From: Spirochaetia bacterium
GTDB taxonomy: Bacteria > Spirochaetota > Spirochaetia > CAKZLE01
NCBI GenBank assembly: GCA_963677595.1
Contig: OY782041.1
Location: 1,792,001 to 1,856,000 of the forward strand
DNA: 64,000 nucleotides
Direction: 5' to 3'
Shown here: piece after piece, positions 49,477 to 58,766 of the stretch
How positions within the stretch are numbered: position 1 is the stretch's first letter
Layout of the letters: the number at the start of each line of letters is the position of its first letter
The notes under the pieces: model-generated
The model's database searches: none
What the model was told of the DNA's origin: nothing
The model's input: only the letters and a program-made list of their open reading frames with translations
Program-made: the position numbers and the translations under genes

Positions 49477-50643
49477 ATGAAACCAATACGTGTAGGATTT
49501 ATCGGGTGCGGCAGGATCTCGGATCTCCATTACCTCGGGTATAGGGACCGGGAGGACGCGAAGGTGGTCGCCGTCTGCGACACCAATGAGGCGGCAGCCG
49601 CCGCGAAGATGGGCGAGTGGGGCGCTGAGTACTCCACGACCGACTACCGGAGGATCCTCGAGGATCCCTCCATCGATGCGGTGGAGATACTCACCCCGCA
49701 GAAGCTCCATGAGTCGATGTCGATCGAGGCGCTCGAACGGGGGAAGCACGTGCTCGTGCAGAAACCGATGACCATCAGCCTGGAGAGTGCCGACCGGATG
49801 ATCGCGGCAGCGAAAGGGAGCGGGAAGACGTTCAAGGTCATGGAGAACTATATCTTCTACCCGCCGATCATGAAGGCTAAAGAGCTCATCGAGGAGGGGA
49901 GGATCGGGGAGCCGATCAGCATGAGGATCAAGTTCATCAGCGGTTCCTCCGGCGGCTGGGCCATCCCTGAGGAGTCCTGGGCCTGGAGGCTGGAGGAGAA
50001 CGTCGAGGGCCGCGGGATCCAGACCTTCGACCATGGCTTCCATATGTGGTCCACGGCCTGGTTCTTCATGGGGGAGGTGGAACGGGTCGTCGCCTGGATC
50101 GACTCGATCGACAACATCGTGGACTGCCCGGCGACCATCATGTGGAAGTACAAGGGGGGCAAGCAGTACGGGACCTGTGATTATACCCATGCCTGGGAGC
50201 TGGCCATCCCCTCTGACTACTATGCCAACGATGAGTGGTTCGAGATCACCGGCTCGAAGGGGGTCATCAAGGTCAACCGGTGCACCGGCCTGGTCCAGGA
50301 GGGCCCGTCAGTGAGCCTCTTCACCGATGAGGGCTGGGAGCACTTCTCTGACATCGAGTCGGACTGGGCTTCAGGCTTCATAGGGGCTACCGGGAACTTC
50401 ATCGATGCCATGCAGGGGAAGCGTACCCCCATGCTCAGCGGGGCTGATGCCCGCGAGATCATGAAGTTCAGCTTCGCGATCCAGAAGGCATCGAAGGAGC
50501 GGCGCGAGGTCTACCTCGACGAACTTGATGCCGAGGACCCCGAAGCCTACACGGCAGAGAGGATCGTGGAGGAGAAGGTGACGGCAGGCAGCCGGAAGAT
50601 CCTGACCCTCGATGAATTGAGAGCCTACCAGAGAATTCTGTAG
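49477..50643 (+). CDS. Gfo/Idh/MocA-family oxidoreductase
   Basis: GFIGCGRIS, GKHVLVQKP, DHGFH. Confidence 0.92.
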   Translation: MKPIRVGFIGCGRISDLHYLGYRDREDAKVVAVCDTNEAAAAAKMGEWGAEYSTTDYRRILEDPSIDAVEILTPQKLHESMSIEALERGKHVLVQKPMTISLESADRMIAAAKGSGKTFKVMENYIFYPPIMKAKELIEEGRIGEPISMRIKFISGSSGGWAIPEESWAWRLEENVEGRGIQTFDHGFHMWSTAWFFMGEVERVVAWIDSIDNIVDCPATIMWKYKGGKQYGTCDYTHAWELAIPSDYYANDEWFEITGSKGVIKVNRCTGLVQEGPSVSLFTDEGWEHFSDIESDWASGFIGATGNFIDAMQGKRTPMLSGADAREIMKFSFAIQKASKERREVYLDELDAEDPEAYTAERIVEEKVTAGSRKILTLDELRAYQRIL

Positions 50644-50684
50644 TACCGGGACATAAGGAAAAGAAGCAAAACAAGCGTATAGGT

Positions 50685-52094
50685 ATGAGTGAGAACATGA
50701 ACGTTAATGTAGAACAGATGATAGACGATATGATGAACAGGGCCCGTACGGCCCAGAAACGCCTCGAACATGCTACGCAGGAGGAGGTCGATACCCTCTG
50801 TGCCCATATCGCATGGGCAGGTATACAGGAAGACTTCGTAGAAGAGTTCGCAGCCCTGGCAGTCGAGGAGACCGGACTCGGCAGGGTGGAGAGCAAGAAG
50901 GCGAAGATCAGGACGAAGACCAAGGGGGTCTACCGCGACCTCAAGGGGAAGAGAAGTGTCGGGATCATAGAGGAGGACCTTGACCGGGGTATCGTGAAGA
51001 TCGCCAAGCCCGTCGGGGTCATCGGTGCCCTCATCCCCTGCACCAACCCCGAGGCCACCCCCTTCTGCAAGGCCCTGGCTGCGATCAAGACGAGGAATGC
51101 CATCATCATGGCACCGCACCCGCGGGCGGTGCGGACCGGGAAGATGGCAGTGGACAGGATGCGGAAGGTCCTCGAGTCCTTCGGCTACCCGGCTGACCTC
51201 ATCCAGGTCATGGAGAAGGTCAGTGTGGAGGCGAGCGGGAAGCTCATGGAGGCCTGCGACCTCATCATCGCCACCGGGGGAGGCGGGATGGTGAAGGCTG
51301 CCTACAGCAGCGGCACCCCTGCCTACGGTGTCGGCGCGGGGAACGCGGTCGTCATCGTCGATGAGACGGCGATACCCGAAAAGGTCGCTGATGACGTGAG
51401 GCGCTCCAAGACCTTCGATTACGCGACGAGCTGTTCGGCTGAGAACTCACTGGTCATCGAGGAGACGATATACGATAGGCTGGTTGACGCACTCACCGAG
51501 GAGCATGGGTACCTGCTGGATACCGGGGAGAAGGGACTCCTGCAGAAGGCCCTCTGGCCTGACGGTATCCACCTCAACCGTGAGGTCGTGGCACAGCCGG
51601 CATCGAGGATCGCGGAACTTGCCGGTATAACCATCCCCGAGGGAACCGAGTTCCTGATGGTAGAGGAGACCGGTTTCGGGAGTGCATACCCCTTCTCAGG
51701 GGAGAAGCTCTCCGTGGTCCTGACACTCTACCGGTATACCGAATTCATCGATGCCGTGGGACTCGTCAAGGGGATCACCGCATTCTCCGGTGCCGGCCAC
51801 TCCTGCGGTATGCATACTGCAGACCGGGAGCGGGCTGTAGCCCTCGCCGAGGCCGTCCCGGTCTCCAGGGTCATGATCAACCAGCCGCAGTGCCTGGCGA
51901 ACAGCGGGGCATGGTCGAACGGTATGCCGATGACCCTGACCCTCGGCTGCGGTACCTGGGGTGGGAACATCTCGAGCGAGAACATCGGCTGGAAGCAGAT
52001 GATGAATACCACCTGGGTCTCTTTCCCCATCGAGGCAGGGGAGCCCGACGATCGGGAACTCTTCGGCGAGCAGTTCCTGCAGCTACGCTACTAG
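50685..52094 (+). CDS. CoA-acylating aldehyde dehydrogenase (SauS/AdhE-ALDH-like)
   Basis: PCTNPEAT, GVGAGN, SKTFDYATSCSAENS, GEKLS, LGCGTWGGN. Confidence 0.88.
   Translation: MSENMNVNVEQMIDDMMNRARTAQKRLEHATQEEVDTLCAHIAWAGIQEDFVEEFAALAVEETGLGRVESKKAKIRTKTKGVYRDLKGKRSVGIIEEDLDRGIVKIAKPVGVIGALIPCTNPEATPFCKALAAIKTRNAIIMAPHPRAVRTGKMAVDRMRKVLESFGYPADLIQVMEKVSVEASGKLMEACDLIIATGGGGMVKAAYSSGTPAYGVGAGNAVVIVDETAIPEKVADDVRRSKTFDYATSCSAENSLVIEETIYDRLVDALTEEHGYLLDTGEKGLLQKALWPDGIHLNREVVAQPASRIAELAGITIPEGTEFLMVEETGFGSAYPFSGEKLSVVLTLYRYTEFIDAVGLVKGITAFSGAGHSCGMHTADRERAVALAEAVPVSRVMINQPQCLANSGAWSNGMPMTLTLGCGTWGGNISSENIGWKQMMNTTWVSFPIEAGEPDDRELFGEQFLQLRY
50695..50710. promoter_or_regulatory. Internal copy of the LacI operator inside the ALDH 5' end
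   Basis: ACATGAACGTTAATGT, 15/16 match to 44458-44473. Confidence 0.6.
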
Positions 52095-52103
52095 GGGCCT
52101 GAA

Positions 52104-53666
52104 GTGGTGAAAGATCATAGAGAGACCCTGCTGAGGATCAGCAGGGAGGCAGAATCGGGCGGCGGGTCCGCCAGGATGGAATCACAGCACCAGAAGGGAA
52201 AGTTGACGGCACGGGAGCGTATAGCCGTGCTGCTCGACCCGGGGTCCTTCGGGGAGATAGACAAGTTCAGGCTGCATGACTGCCATGACTTCGACATGAA
52301 GGAGAAGTCATACTACGGGGACGGGGTGGTCACGGGGTTCGGGACGATCGAGGGGACCGATGTCTTCGTCTATGCCCAGGACTTCACGGTCCTCGGGGGA
52401 TCGCTCTCCCGTTCGCATGCGAGGAAGATCTGCAAGGTCATGGATATGGCCGCCGACGCAGGGGCACCGATCATCGGTCTCAATGATTCCGGGGGAGCCC
52501 GGGTCCAGGAGGGAATCGACGCGCTTGCCGGCTATGGGGAGATCTTCTTGCGCAACGTGCGCTACTCCGGGCTCATCCCCCAGATCACGGCGATCCTCGG
52601 GCCCTGCGCCGGCGGGGCGGTCTACTCCCCGGCCGTGCAGGACTTCGTGCTCATGACAAGGCGCACCAGCCATATGTTCGTCACGGGGCCGAAGGTGGTG
52701 AAGACCGTCCTCCATGAGGATGTCACCACTGCGGACCTCGGCGGTGCCCAGGTCCACGGGACGGTCAGCGGTGCCGCCCATATCGTGAAGGAGACCGAGC
52801 ATGAGGTCATCGAGGAGATCAGGAGGCTCGTCTGCTTCCTCGCAAGGAAGGAGGTGGCAGAACAGTCTCTCCCCAAGAAGAAGGAGCCGGTGTTCAAGCG
52901 GCCTGCGAAGCGGGAATCCCTCTGGGACATCATCCCCGGGGACCTGCGGAAGCCGTACAACATCAGGGACGTGATCACGCAGGTCATAGACATCGAGTCC
53001 ATGATCGAGATCTCGCAGGACTTCGCGAAGAACATCGTGACCTGTTTCGCGCGGATCGGCGGGATCGGCATCGGCATCATCGCCAACCAGCCGAACCACT
53101 TTGCCGGCGTCCTTGACATCAAGGCATCGAGGAAGGCAGCGCGGTTCATCCGGTTCTGCGATGCCTTCGGGGTCCCGATCGTCACATTGGAGGATGTCCC
53201 GGGGTTCATGCCGGGGAAGGACCAGGAGCAGAACGGGATCATCGTGAACGGTGCGAAGCTGCTCTATGCCTATGCGGAGGCTACCGTGCCGAAGCTTACC
53301 GTCATCCTGCGGAAGGCCTATGGCGGGGCCTACATCGTGATGAGCAGCCGGCACCTGCTTGCCGACATGGTCTTCGCCTGGCCGCATGCCGAGATCGCGG
53401 TCATGGGGGCCGAGGGGGCTGTGGAGGTCCTCTACAGCAAGCAGGCCGGCAGCAATGGGCAGGTGACTGAGCATGAGTTCAGGCAGCAGAAGATCCAGGA
53501 GTACTCCGACTTCTTCCTCAACCCCTACCGGGCTGCGGAGAAGGGGTATATCGACGCGATCATCGACCCGGATGAGACACGGGAGCGGCTGCTGGGGGCC
53601 TTGCGGCTCTTCGCTGCGAAACAGCAGGTACTACCTGCAAAGAAACATGGGAACATACCCTTATGA
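52104..53666 (+). CDS. Acyl-CoA carboxyltransferase (PccB/MmdA-like)
   Basis: QDFTVLGGS, DSGGARVQEG, GPCAGGAVYSPA, DVPGF, RKAYGGAY, KKHGNIPL. Confidence 0.93.
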   Translation: MVKDHRETLLRISREAESGGGSARMESQHQKGKLTARERIAVLLDPGSFGEIDKFRLHDCHDFDMKEKSYYGDGVVTGFGTIEGTDVFVYAQDFTVLGGSLSRSHARKICKVMDMAADAGAPIIGLNDSGGARVQEGIDALAGYGEIFLRNVRYSGLIPQITAILGPCAGGAVYSPAVQDFVLMTRRTSHMFVTGPKVVKTVLHEDVTTADLGGAQVHGTVSGAAHIVKETEHEVIEEIRRLVCFLARKEVAEQSLPKKKEPVFKRPAKRESLWDIIPGDLRKPYNIRDVITQVIDIESMIEISQDFAKNIVTCFARIGGIGIGIIANQPNHFAGVLDIKASRKAARFIRFCDAFGVPIVTLEDVPGFMPGKDQEQNGIIVNGAKLLYAYAEATVPKLTVILRKAYGGAYIVMSSRHLLADMVFAWPHAEIAVMGAEGAVEVLYSKQAGSNGQVTEHEFRQQKIQEYSDFFLNPYRAAEKGYIDAIIDPDETRERLLGALRLFAAKQQVLPAKKHGNIPL

Positions 53667-53679
53667 GAAGGAAGAAGAT

Positions 53680-54579
53680 ATGAGAGTACAGGAACATCCT
53701 GGGATACGGAACGACCAGGATCGCAGGCTGCTGGACAGACTGGCAGCCGGGGAGACTCTGGGTGCAGGGGAGCTGGCCTATGCAGCCAGAAGGATCAGGG
53801 AACTGATCCTCCACACGACACATACCGCGGGAGCAGGGCATACAGGAGGATCCCTCTCAGAGGTCGAGATCCTGACCCTGCTCTTCTTCAAGCACCTGCA
53901 CATCGACCCGGCAGACCCCCGGATGGGGAACCGGGACCGGTTCATCCTCTCCAAGGGGCATGCCACACCGGGATACTACTCGACGCTTGCCTACCGGGGT
54001 TTCTTCGACCTGGAGGTGCTTGCCTCCTTCGACAGCCTCGGCAGCATCCTGCAGGCCCACCCGGACATGCACAAGGTCCCGGGCTGCGACATCTCCTCAG
54101 GATCCCTGGGACAGGGACTCTCCTGCGGGATCGGGATGGCACTCGGGGCTGCAAAATCGGGAGTAGAGAACATGGTCTATGTCCTGATGGGGGACGGCGA
54201 GAGCACCGAAGGACAGATCTGGGAGGCAGCCCTCTACGCGGGGGCAAAGAACCGGAAGGTGAAGAACCTGGTCGCGATCGTGGACAACAACCGGGTACAG
54301 CTGGCATCACACACGAAGGATGCAGTGGATCTCGGGGACCTCGCAGGGAAATATGAGGCTTTCGGCTGGTCTGCAGTCACCTGTGACGGCCATGACATCA
54401 CGGCACTTGATGCCGCGTTCACCAGGGCACGGAGAATGGCGGCAGATGGGCCGGTGGCGGTGATCGCGAACACGGTGAAAGGGAAGGGTGTCTCCTTCAT
54501 GGAGGATACCTGTTCCTGGCACGGCAGGGCCGCGAATGATGAGGAGTATGAACTGGCGATGAGGGAATTACATGGATAA
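53680..54579 (+). CDS. Transketolase, N-terminal (ThDP-binding) subunit
   Basis: GHTGGSLS, DRFILSKGHA, SGSLGQGLS, GDGESTEGQIWE, TVKGKG; start MRVQEH. Confidence 0.92.
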   Translation: MRVQEHPGIRNDQDRRLLDRLAAGETLGAGELAYAARRIRELILHTTHTAGAGHTGGSLSEVEILTLLFFKHLHIDPADPRMGNRDRFILSKGHATPGYYSTLAYRGFFDLEVLASFDSLGSILQAHPDMHKVPGCDISSGSLGQGLSCGIGMALGAAKSGVENMVYVLMGDGESTEGQIWEAALYAGAKNRKVKNLVAIVDNNRVQLASHTKDAVDLGDLAGKYEAFGWSAVTCDGHDITALDAAFTRARRMAADGPVAVIANTVKGKGVSFMEDTCSWHGRAANDEEYELAMRELHG

Positions 54580-55534
54580 GGACATTAGGATGAGATACCC
54601 GCAATTGGGTGATGAGATGATGCCGAGGACGGCGATGGGGGAGGCCCTGGTGGAACTTGCCGACAGGTTCCCCAACCTGATGGTCTTCGATGCCGATGTC
54701 TGTGCATCGACACAGACGGTGAAGTTCAGGGATGCATTCCCTGAGAGGTTCTACCAGATGGGAATCGCGGAGTCGAACATGGTGGGTGCCGCCGCGGGCA
54801 TGGCGACCTATGGGTTTACCCCCTTCGTCTCGACCTTCGCAGTCTTTCTGGCAAAGCGCGCGCTGGACCAGATACGGGTCTCGGTAGCCTACCCGAAGCT
54901 GGACGTGAAGCTCAATGGGGCATACGGGGGACTTCCCACCGGCAGGGCTGGTGCTACCCACTCGGCAGTGGCGGATATAGCAGTGATGCGGGCGATGCCG
55001 CACATGAGGGTGCTCGTCCCGGCTGATTCCGTGGAGACGAAGAAGGCCGTGGAGCTCTCGCTCTCAACAGACGGGCCTGTCTACCTGCGGACCGTCCGGT
55101 GTCCGGTTCCCACGATCTTCACCGGGAACCATGAGCCGGCATGGGGGAAGGGGATCACCCTTACCGAAGGGCAGGATGCCGCGATCATCTCGACCGGGAT
55201 GATGACCCCCTATGCGCTCTTCGCAGCAGAACAGCTTCGGAGCGAGGGGATCCACGTACGGCATATACACCTGGCGAGCATCAAACCGATCGACCGCGAG
55301 GTCATCATCAAGGCCGCGAGGGAGACCGGGACGATCTTCACCGTCGAGAACCACAGCATCATCGGCGGGCTTGGGGGAGCCGTTGCGGAGATCGTGGGCA
55401 GGGACTACCCCTGCAGGGTCCTCCCGATCGGGTTCACCGACCGGTTCATGGAATCGGGTGACGACAATACGATATTCTCTTCCTTCTCACTGGATACGGA
55501 AGGGATCAAGGCATGTGTCAGGAGGGCATTGTAA
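54572..55534 (+). CDS. Transketolase, C-terminal subunit
   Basis: GIAESNMVGAAAG, RALDQIR, GATH, GPVYLR, ENHSIIGGLG. Confidence 0.92.
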   Translation: MDKDIRMRYPQLGDEMMPRTAMGEALVELADRFPNLMVFDADVCASTQTVKFRDAFPERFYQMGIAESNMVGAAAGMATYGFTPFVSTFAVFLAKRALDQIRVSVAYPKLDVKLNGAYGGLPTGRAGATHSAVADIAVMRAMPHMRVLVPADSVETKKAVELSLSTDGPVYLRTVRCPVPTIFTGNHEPAWGKGITLTEGQDAAIISTGMMTPYALFAAEQLRSEGIHVRHIHLASIKPIDREVIIKAARETGTIFTVENHSIIGGLGGAVAEIVGRDYPCRVLPIGFTDRFMESGDDNTIFSSFSLDTEGIKACVRRAL

Positions 55535-55538
55535 GGAT

Positions 55539-56168
55539 ATGAAGATAGCAGTGATAAACGAAGTGAGTGCATCGGCAAGGAATGGTGATATTATCAGGGC
55601 ACTGGAGGAGAGGGGACACGAAGTGTTCAATGTCGGGATGACCGACCCTGCTTCTGTTCCACAGCTGAGCTACATCCACACGGGTCTGCTGGCAGGTCTG
55701 CTCCTCTACACGAAGCGAGTCGATTTCGTCGTCGGCGGCTGCGGGACCGGACAGGGCTTCCTCAATGCGGCCATGCAGTACCCGGGAGTGTTCTGCGGGC
55801 TGGTAGTCGACGCGCTTGATGCCTGGCTCTTCACCCAGATCAACGGCGGGAACTGTATCTCCCTCCCGCTGAACAAGGGTTACGGCTGGGCAGCCGATAC
55901 CAACCTGCAGTTCATCTTCGACCGGATCTTCAGCGTGGAACCAGGCTGCGGGTACCCGGAGCACCGGAAGGAGCCGCAGAAGGCCTCCCGGATACTCCTC
56001 CAGGAACTTTCGATGATCTCACATCGACCGATGCATGAGATCCTGAGAGACCTCCCGGAAGAGATCACCAGGCCTGCATTGACCTACCCCGGCATCCTCG
56101 GGATCCTCGACCCCGAAACACTGGAGGATACGAGGCTTGCACAGGTCATAAGGGATATAACGGCATAA
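55539..56168 (+). CDS. RpiB/LacA/LacB-family isomerase with C-terminal extension
   Basis: MKIAVINE, LSYIHTG, GGCGTGQG, QINGGN, KGYGWA, GYP. Confidence 0.88.
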   Translation: MKIAVINEVSASARNGDIIRALEERGHEVFNVGMTDPASVPQLSYIHTGLLAGLLLYTKRVDFVVGGCGTGQGFLNAAMQYPGVFCGLVVDALDAWLFTQINGGNCISLPLNKGYGWAADTNLQFIFDRIFSVEPGCGYPEHRKEPQKASRILLQELSMISHRPMHEILRDLPEEITRPALTYPGILGILDPETLEDTRLAQVIRDITA

Positions 56169-56199
56169 TCTCTGCCGCTCTCAATTCATTCTTTTTCCC

Positions 56200-56239
56200 G
56201 GAGCCGTCACTCCACTACAAGCTGTGGCGGCTCCCTTTT
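56200..56239 (+). terminator. Rho-independent terminator
   Basis: GGAGCCGTCAC...GTGGCGGCTCC followed by CTTTT; lies between convergent genes. Confidence 0.65.
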
Positions 56240-56272
56240 ACTTCATCTATAGAGCAGTAAGTTGTACGGTGT

Positions 56273-57370
56273 TCACAGAGCCTTCAGCTGAGTTATCAAT
56301 ACTGAGATCTCATCATCCTTGAGGCATTGCGGATTCACAGCAATGTAATCGCTCTCAATACCGACAAACACAGAAGTCTCAGAATCGAATAATCTTGATT
56401 TTATCTCTTCTGAGGGGATAGAGTCCCATTGTATATAGGCCCTGGGGATGTTAGCCGGCTGAATACCAGGTTCGACAGGATACCCTTTCCTGATCGTGAT
56501 GCCTGGTTTGTCCTTCAGTTGATCTAAGATGTGATCAGTGATGCTGTTCCACCGCTCCATATCCTTGTCAAAATCCCGTTCTGCAAAGAGTTCGACTGCC
56601 CTGACAAACCCTGCGATCGTCTCTTTGTCGATCTTCATGGGGCGCCCGATGCTGTGATGAGGACAGCAGTTCGCATCACAGGCCTCAATCAGCTCTTTCC
56701 GACCGACGATGACCCCTGAGGACTGCGGTCCTCTGATCTCCTTGCCTCCGCTGAAAACAACCAGGTCTGCCCCGATCTCGAGGTACTTGGTGATGTTCTC
56801 TCTTGGAGGGAGTTCAGCCGCAGCATCGACAATGACAGGGATATTATGTTTTTTCATAATAGGCATGATATCGTTCAGGTCCAGAGATCCTCTCATTGGT
56901 TCAGCTTCTGATGCATAGAAAAAGAAGGCAATATTCCCGGAGACGGCGTTCTCGATCATCTCGGTACAGGCGAATGAAGTCGTACCGACCTCCTTGAACC
57001 TGACCCCTGATTGAAGCAGTGCCTGGTCATACAGGTTCCTATGGGATTTCAGGACCAGAGCTTCACTCTTCATTCCCGTTGTATCAGGAAGTTGAAGGAT
57101 GCAGGCTTTATTGGTACCGGCAACACATGCTGCAGCGCTGATCGCCATACCGGCTGCTGCACCACTGGTGATACAAGCTGCCTCGACACCCAACAGTGAT
57201 GCGACTCGTTCCCCTGCATGCTTATGGAGCTTGTCTATATCTATGAAACAGGTGGAAGCTTCTTTCATAGTTTCCAGGACTGACGGATCCATGAGGGATC
57301 CTCCCAGCATGGTAAGGGTTCCTCCCGCATTGATCACCGGCTTTATTGATAGTTTTTCGTATATCGTCAT
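56273..57370 (-). CDS. SelA-like PLP enzyme (DgaE, D-glucosaminate-6-phosphate ammonia-lyase family)
   Basis: INAGGTLTMLGGS, SGAAAG, VDAAAE, FSGGKEIRGPQ (PLP Lys), IGRPMKIDKE. Confidence 0.82.
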   Translation of the reverse strand: MTIYEKLSIKPVINAGGTLTMLGGSLMDPSVLETMKEASTCFIDIDKLHKHAGERVASLLGVEAACITSGAAAGMAISAAACVAGTNKACILQLPDTTGMKSEALVLKSHRNLYDQALLQSGVRFKEVGTTSFACTEMIENAVSGNIAFFFYASEAEPMRGSLDLNDIMPIMKKHNIPVIVDAAAELPPRENITKYLEIGADLVVFSGGKEIRGPQSSGVIVGRKELIEACDANCCPHHSIGRPMKIDKETIAGFVRAVELFAERDFDKDMERWNSITDHILDQLKDKPGITIRKGYPVEPGIQPANIPRAYIQWDSIPSEEIKSRLFDSETSVFVGIESDYIAVNPQCLKDDEISVLITQLKAL

Positions 57371-57413
57371 ATGCACCTCATTCTAGTTACTATTAAATCA
57401 CTAAAAAAAAGAT

Positions 57414-57442
57414 TTGACAATATTAAATTTAAAATTTAAAAT
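57414..57442 (+). promoter_or_regulatory. Sigma70 promoter with embedded candidate GntR operator
   Basis: TTGACA-N17-TAAAAT containing TAAATTTAAAATTTAAAAT (57424-57442). Confidence 0.7.
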
Positions 57443-57467
57443 GTTTGTAACATTCTCTTGATTAACT

Positions 57468-58193
57468 ATGAGTGTATGGAATATGATTACGGGTATGAAC
57501 GATTTGAATAAAGTATTGCCGGATTATAAGAAGCAGGAACTCAGTAAAGCTGAAGAAGCCTATGAATATATCAGGGAAGGCATCATCGAGGGGATATGGC
57601 ATCCCGGTGAACGGATCAATGACAGTACGGTCTCTGAGCATCTCGGGATCAATAGATTGTCAGTACGGGAAGCTCTCTCAAAACTCGTCCAGGATGACGT
57701 AGTCGAACAGATAAAATGGAAAGGGTTCTATATCAGGAATATTACGTCTGAGGATGTCACCCGTTTCGTACGGGTACGGGTCGTCCTGGAGGAACTTGCC
57801 ATAAGCGAGATCATCAGGAGGAACCTGCCGGAAGATGACCCAGTCTTCTCGGCGATGAAGAATGCGATAGAGAAAGCTGAGCTTATCATTAAATCTGGTA
57901 ACCATCCCGGGTATATGGAAGCAGATTTCGTGTTCCATGAACTACTTTATAAGACTTCACAGAATAAATGGATCATGAATTTCATAACCAATTCGAAGAT
58001 CGTTATCAGTATGATGCGGAACATTTCCATGGGCCAGAGCGAAGACCAGTTTGTTTCAGCAGCAAAGCAGTCGACTCAGGACCATAGGGACCTGCTTGAA
58101 GCTATCCGGACGGGTGATGAGGAGTCTGCCAAGGAGTTGATCAGACAGCATCTTGCCGATAGGTTCGCTTCGAATATCATTGGAGAACTATAA
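57468..58193 (+). CDS. GntR/FadR-family regulator (FCD domain)
   Basis: AYEYIREGIIEG..HPGERI, LGINRLSVREAL, DFVFH, DHRDLLEAI; start may be 57495. Confidence 0.92.
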   Translation: MSVWNMITGMNDLNKVLPDYKKQELSKAEEAYEYIREGIIEGIWHPGERINDSTVSEHLGINRLSVREALSKLVQDDVVEQIKWKGFYIRNITSEDVTRFVRVRVVLEELAISEIIRRNLPEDDPVFSAMKNAIEKAELIIKSGNHPGYMEADFVFHELLYKTSQNKWIMNFITNSKIVISMMRNISMGQSEDQFVSAAKQSTQDHRDLLEAIRTGDEESAKELIRQHLADRFASNIIGEL

Positions 58194-58206
58194 GATAACA
58201 GGAGGT

Positions 58207-58671
58207 ATGATGAATTTTGAAGATAAACTGAAGGAGCTTGGGGTGACCATTCCGGTCGTTCCCCCTGCTGCCGGTTCTTTTATACCAGCAACGAAGGTTG
58301 GGTCATTGATCTACTGCTCAGGACAGGGTCCGTTCAGGGATGGGAAACAGGTCTACATCGGGCAAGTCGGGGATGAGATCGATTCAGATCAGGCGTATGA
58401 TGCTGCAAGGATCTCCGTCATCAACCTGCTGGCTGAAGTTTGCAGTATAACGGGTTCTATCAATAAGATAAAACGCATTGTGCAAGTCCGGGGCTTCGTG
58501 AACAGTACGCAGGACTTCCACGACCAGCCGAAAGTGATCAATGGTGCATCTGACTTCCTGCTCGAAGTCTTTGGGGAAGCTGGGAAGCATGTGAGATGTG
58601 CATTCGGGACAAGTAATCTGCCGGAGAACATCCCGGTTGAGATTGAGATGATCGTGGAAGTGGATAGTTGA
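58207..58671 (+). CDS. RidA/YjgF-family protein
   Basis: SGQGP, GFVNS..DF.DQPKVINGASD, GKHVRCAFG, PVEIE; GGAGG RBS. Confidence 0.9.
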   Translation: MMNFEDKLKELGVTIPVVPPAAGSFIPATKVGSLIYCSGQGPFRDGKQVYIGQVGDEIDSDQAYDAARISVINLLAEVCSITGSINKIKRIVQVRGFVNSTQDFHDQPKVINGASDFLLEVFGEAGKHVRCAFGTSNLPENIPVEIEMIVEVDS

Positions 58672-58677
58672 TTTTTT

Positions 58678-58706
58678 TTGCCAAAGGTAAATTTAAAATT
58701 TAAAAT
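58678..58706 (+). promoter_or_regulatory. Second promoter carrying the identical 19-bp motif
   Basis: TTGCCA-N17-TAAAAT containing TAAATTTAAAATTTAAAAT (58688-58706). Confidence 0.65.
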
Positions 58707-58766
58707 TATAAATATTCACATGTCGAGGCATGTTGTATATTTAAATAAAATTTGGAGGAATGAAAG

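Noticed and set aside
53473-55538. Long N-terminal extensions of the transketolase (53473) and RpiB (55212) ORFs
   Set aside because: Out-of-frame overlaps with upstream genes; family-like starts are at 53680 and 55539
44495-56168. Canonical sulfoquinovose (sulfo-TK) or canonical myo-inositol operon
   Set aside because: No sulfoquinovosidase, SQ isomerase, SqwKL or sulfonate exporter; no IolE/B/C/J/A; the IolD-like enzyme plus carboxyltransferase fits neither
56273-57370. Selenocysteine synthase SelA
   Set aside because: Short, no selB/selD/tRNA-Sec nearby, and the context (amidohydrolase, RidA, sugar ABC) fits the DgaE-like group
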